A stretch of 64,000 bases of DNA from Candidatus Magasanikiibacteriota bacterium (GTDB taxonomy: Bacteria; Patescibacteriota; Patescibacteriia; Magasanikbacterales; UBA922): assembly GCA_041674805.1 (NCBI GenBank), contig JBAYVA010000001.1:125136-189135 (forward strand), in the 5' to 3' direction. The translations under genes and the position numbers were made by a program. Of this stretch, positions 62,703 through 64,000 are shown piece by piece (within the stretch, counting starts at the first letter, position 1; every line of letters begins with the position of its first letter). The notes below the pieces were generated by a model. The model was not told the origin of the DNA. It made no database searches and saw nothing but the letters and a program-made list of their open reading frames with translations.

Positions 62703-63473
62703 TTATTTACTTATTACATTTTCCATTGCACACCAATCACTAGCATCATCTTTCGGGATAAGAGCTACAGCTTCATCATATGGCCTTCCTTTATAAAAAG
62801 TAACAGAGGCAGTCAATACTTTGTAACTTTTTCCTTGATAAAAAACATTCCACATTTGTCGTTCTTCATCAAATTCTAGTATGCCAATGATTCTTTTGCG
62901 TGGTATAGGTCCTATTTGTTTGTAAATAAATTTGCCATTATCATTGACTGTCAATTTCATAACATCTCCTTCTACTAACTTAGATTTACTAGCATAATTT
63001 GGAGGTACAGCATATTCTTTACCGTCAGCATCTATCATTTTTTCTCCGTTGAAAACACCTTCAATTATTTTTTCATTTGGATTGATAGATATTATCTCAG
63101 TGGCATTTGCAATATATGGTTTTTTGACCATATTTTTTTCAACAATAGTTTCTATTTTTGTCTCAGTAACTATATTATTTTTTTCTTCGACTGTTGGTAT
63201 TGCTTTGTCTTCTAATAATAGTAAAATTTGGTCTACATCGGTTCTTAATTTTAAAAGTGATTCTTTTAATTTTGATAAATCAATAGTAGGAGCAGTTTCT
63301 AATGTAGTTTTTTCTTCTACTATTTCTTTTTTTTCAATTACTTTTTTTTCGGGTACTTCTATAAGGTCATCTTCTTGTAAAAAAGGGGAGATATTTGAAC
63401 TTATTTTATTGATAGCATCATCATCAAAAATGTTTGACAAATGGTTTGTCATTATATTAGAAAATTGGTCCAT
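62703..63473 (-). CDS. hypothetical protein
   Basis: ORF; acidic N-terminal half, basic beta-rich C-terminal half. Confidence 0.45.
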   Translation of the reverse strand: MDQFSNIMTNHLSNIFDDDAINKISSNISPFLQEDDLIEVPEKKVIEKKEIVEEKTTLETAPTIDLSKLKESLLKLRTDVDQILLLLEDKAIPTVEEKNNIVTETKIETIVEKNMVKKPYIANATEIISINPNEKIIEGVFNGEKMIDADGKEYAVPPNYASKSKLVEGDVMKLTVNDNGKFIYKQIGPIPRKRIIGILEFDEERQMWNVFYQGKSYKVLTASVTFYKGRPYDEAVALIPKDDASDWCAMENVISK

Positions 63474-63530
63474 ATATATTTATTTTATGTTTGTTTATTT
63501 TTTGGTATTTGTAAATTGAAAATTGTAATT

Positions 63531-64000
63531 TTACAAGGTTGCCTCAATCATGTCGTCTTTACTAAGTTTTGTACTTTTGTCTACTTGAGTTCTTTCCATA
63601 ATTTCTGCCTCTACGATACTTCTTTCACGTCCATATTTGAGACGAGAGAGTTGTTTGATAGCTTCAGCCATTTTTAGGTTGCCATCCTGTGGTGGATAAA
63701 TTGACATATTGAAAGGTTTGGTTGGTTCATTGTCAATAATTATTTTGGTATTGGCTGTAAATTTTTCTACATTCATAAGATCATAAGGTCCGAAAACAGG
63801 TGCCATTTCTTTGGCCAAAATATCTGCGTCGTCAGGACCAATACGAAAGATAGACATACTGCCTACGTTACCTAATACTGCGTCTTTGATTTCAGCCTTT
63901 CCTTTGTCGTCTACAAGCTGATTTAGGTATTGGTGGGCAATAATCAAGTCTAGACGATATTTACGGGCCTCAGACAAGATTGTAGCGATAGAATCAGTAA
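63531..64000 (-). CDS. partial CDS: C-terminal region of a TraG/TraD/VirD4-like (T4SS coupling / AAA-like ATPase) protein
   Basis: RLDLIIAHQYLNQL...GNVGSMSIFRIG resembles the TraG-D_C block (R.G..l.lA.Q...QL). The frame stays open upstream of the TTG picked by the ORF track, so the gene continues past the window end. Confidence 0.4.
   Translation of the reverse strand, partial: TDSIATILSEARKYRLDLIIAHQYLNQLVDDKGKAEIKDAVLGNVGSMSIFRIGPDDADILAKEMAPVFGPYDLMNVEKFTANTKIIIDNEPTKPFNMSIYPPQDGNLKMAEAIKQLSRLKYGRERSIVEAEIMERTQVDKSTKLSKDDMIEATL

Noticed and set aside
1-64000. Alternative genetic code (UGA or UAG recoding, as in some CPR lineages)
   Set aside because: Long conserved genes (dnaK, leuS, infB, uvrB, copA) are intact with TAA, TAG and TGA all acting as stops (e.g. 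TGA ends the 1350-1709 gene). The standard code 11 fits.

Overview
This is an AT-rich (about 30% GC), gene-dense bacterial window that uses the standard genetic code; there is no rRNA, CRISPR array, transposase or integrase. Small genes, Gmad2 and cadherin-like surface proteins, HU, MurJ, RNase Y, and few or no Shine-Dalgarno sequences are compatible with a small-genome, CPR/Patescibacteria-like organism, but that is an inference. I call about 55 CDS and two tRNA-Gln genes (anticodons TTG and CTG).

Named genes:
- A heat-shock operon with hrcA behind tandem CIRCE operators, a NUDIX::GrpE fusion ORF, hsp20, dnaK and dnaJ, interleaved with several unknown genes.
- lepA, murJ, corA, recJ, rnhA, a short archaeal-type thyA-like gene, an RNase J-like beta-CASP hydrolase, uvrB, hup, rny, truB, tkt, infB, trxA, leuS, folP, rlmN, ribH and dnaX.
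- A copper locus: csoR with a perfect 9-bp inverted-repeat operator, an HMA-DsbD_2-cupredoxin membrane protein, and copA.

Most unusual:
1. An orphan DndB-like DGQHR-domain protein, translationally coupled to a membrane coiled-coil protein, beside a PIF1/RecD-like helicase operon and a tRNA-Gln. I propose it as an uncharacterised DNA-modification or defence-like module.
2. A four-helix-bundle (23S rRNA intervening-sequence/Avd family) gene bracketed by 32-bp inverted repeats, sitting between two protein-coding genes.
3. An ~870-bp GC-rich (~48%) islet carrying an atypical Hanks-type Ser/Thr kinase, flanked by terminators.
4. Eukaryote-like domain proteins: SET (near hup), SWIB, and two tandem cytochrome b5-domain lipoproteins.
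5. Four dispersed repeat families: a GC-rich palindromic leader motif (4 copies), phased A-tract GGCTTAAAAG repeats (9 or more copies), TTAGGT repeats, and a ~100-bp AT-rich repeat.
6. A GC-rich triple hairpin between the copper genes.

I could not run any searches; homology calls rest on motifs read directly from the six-frame translations.
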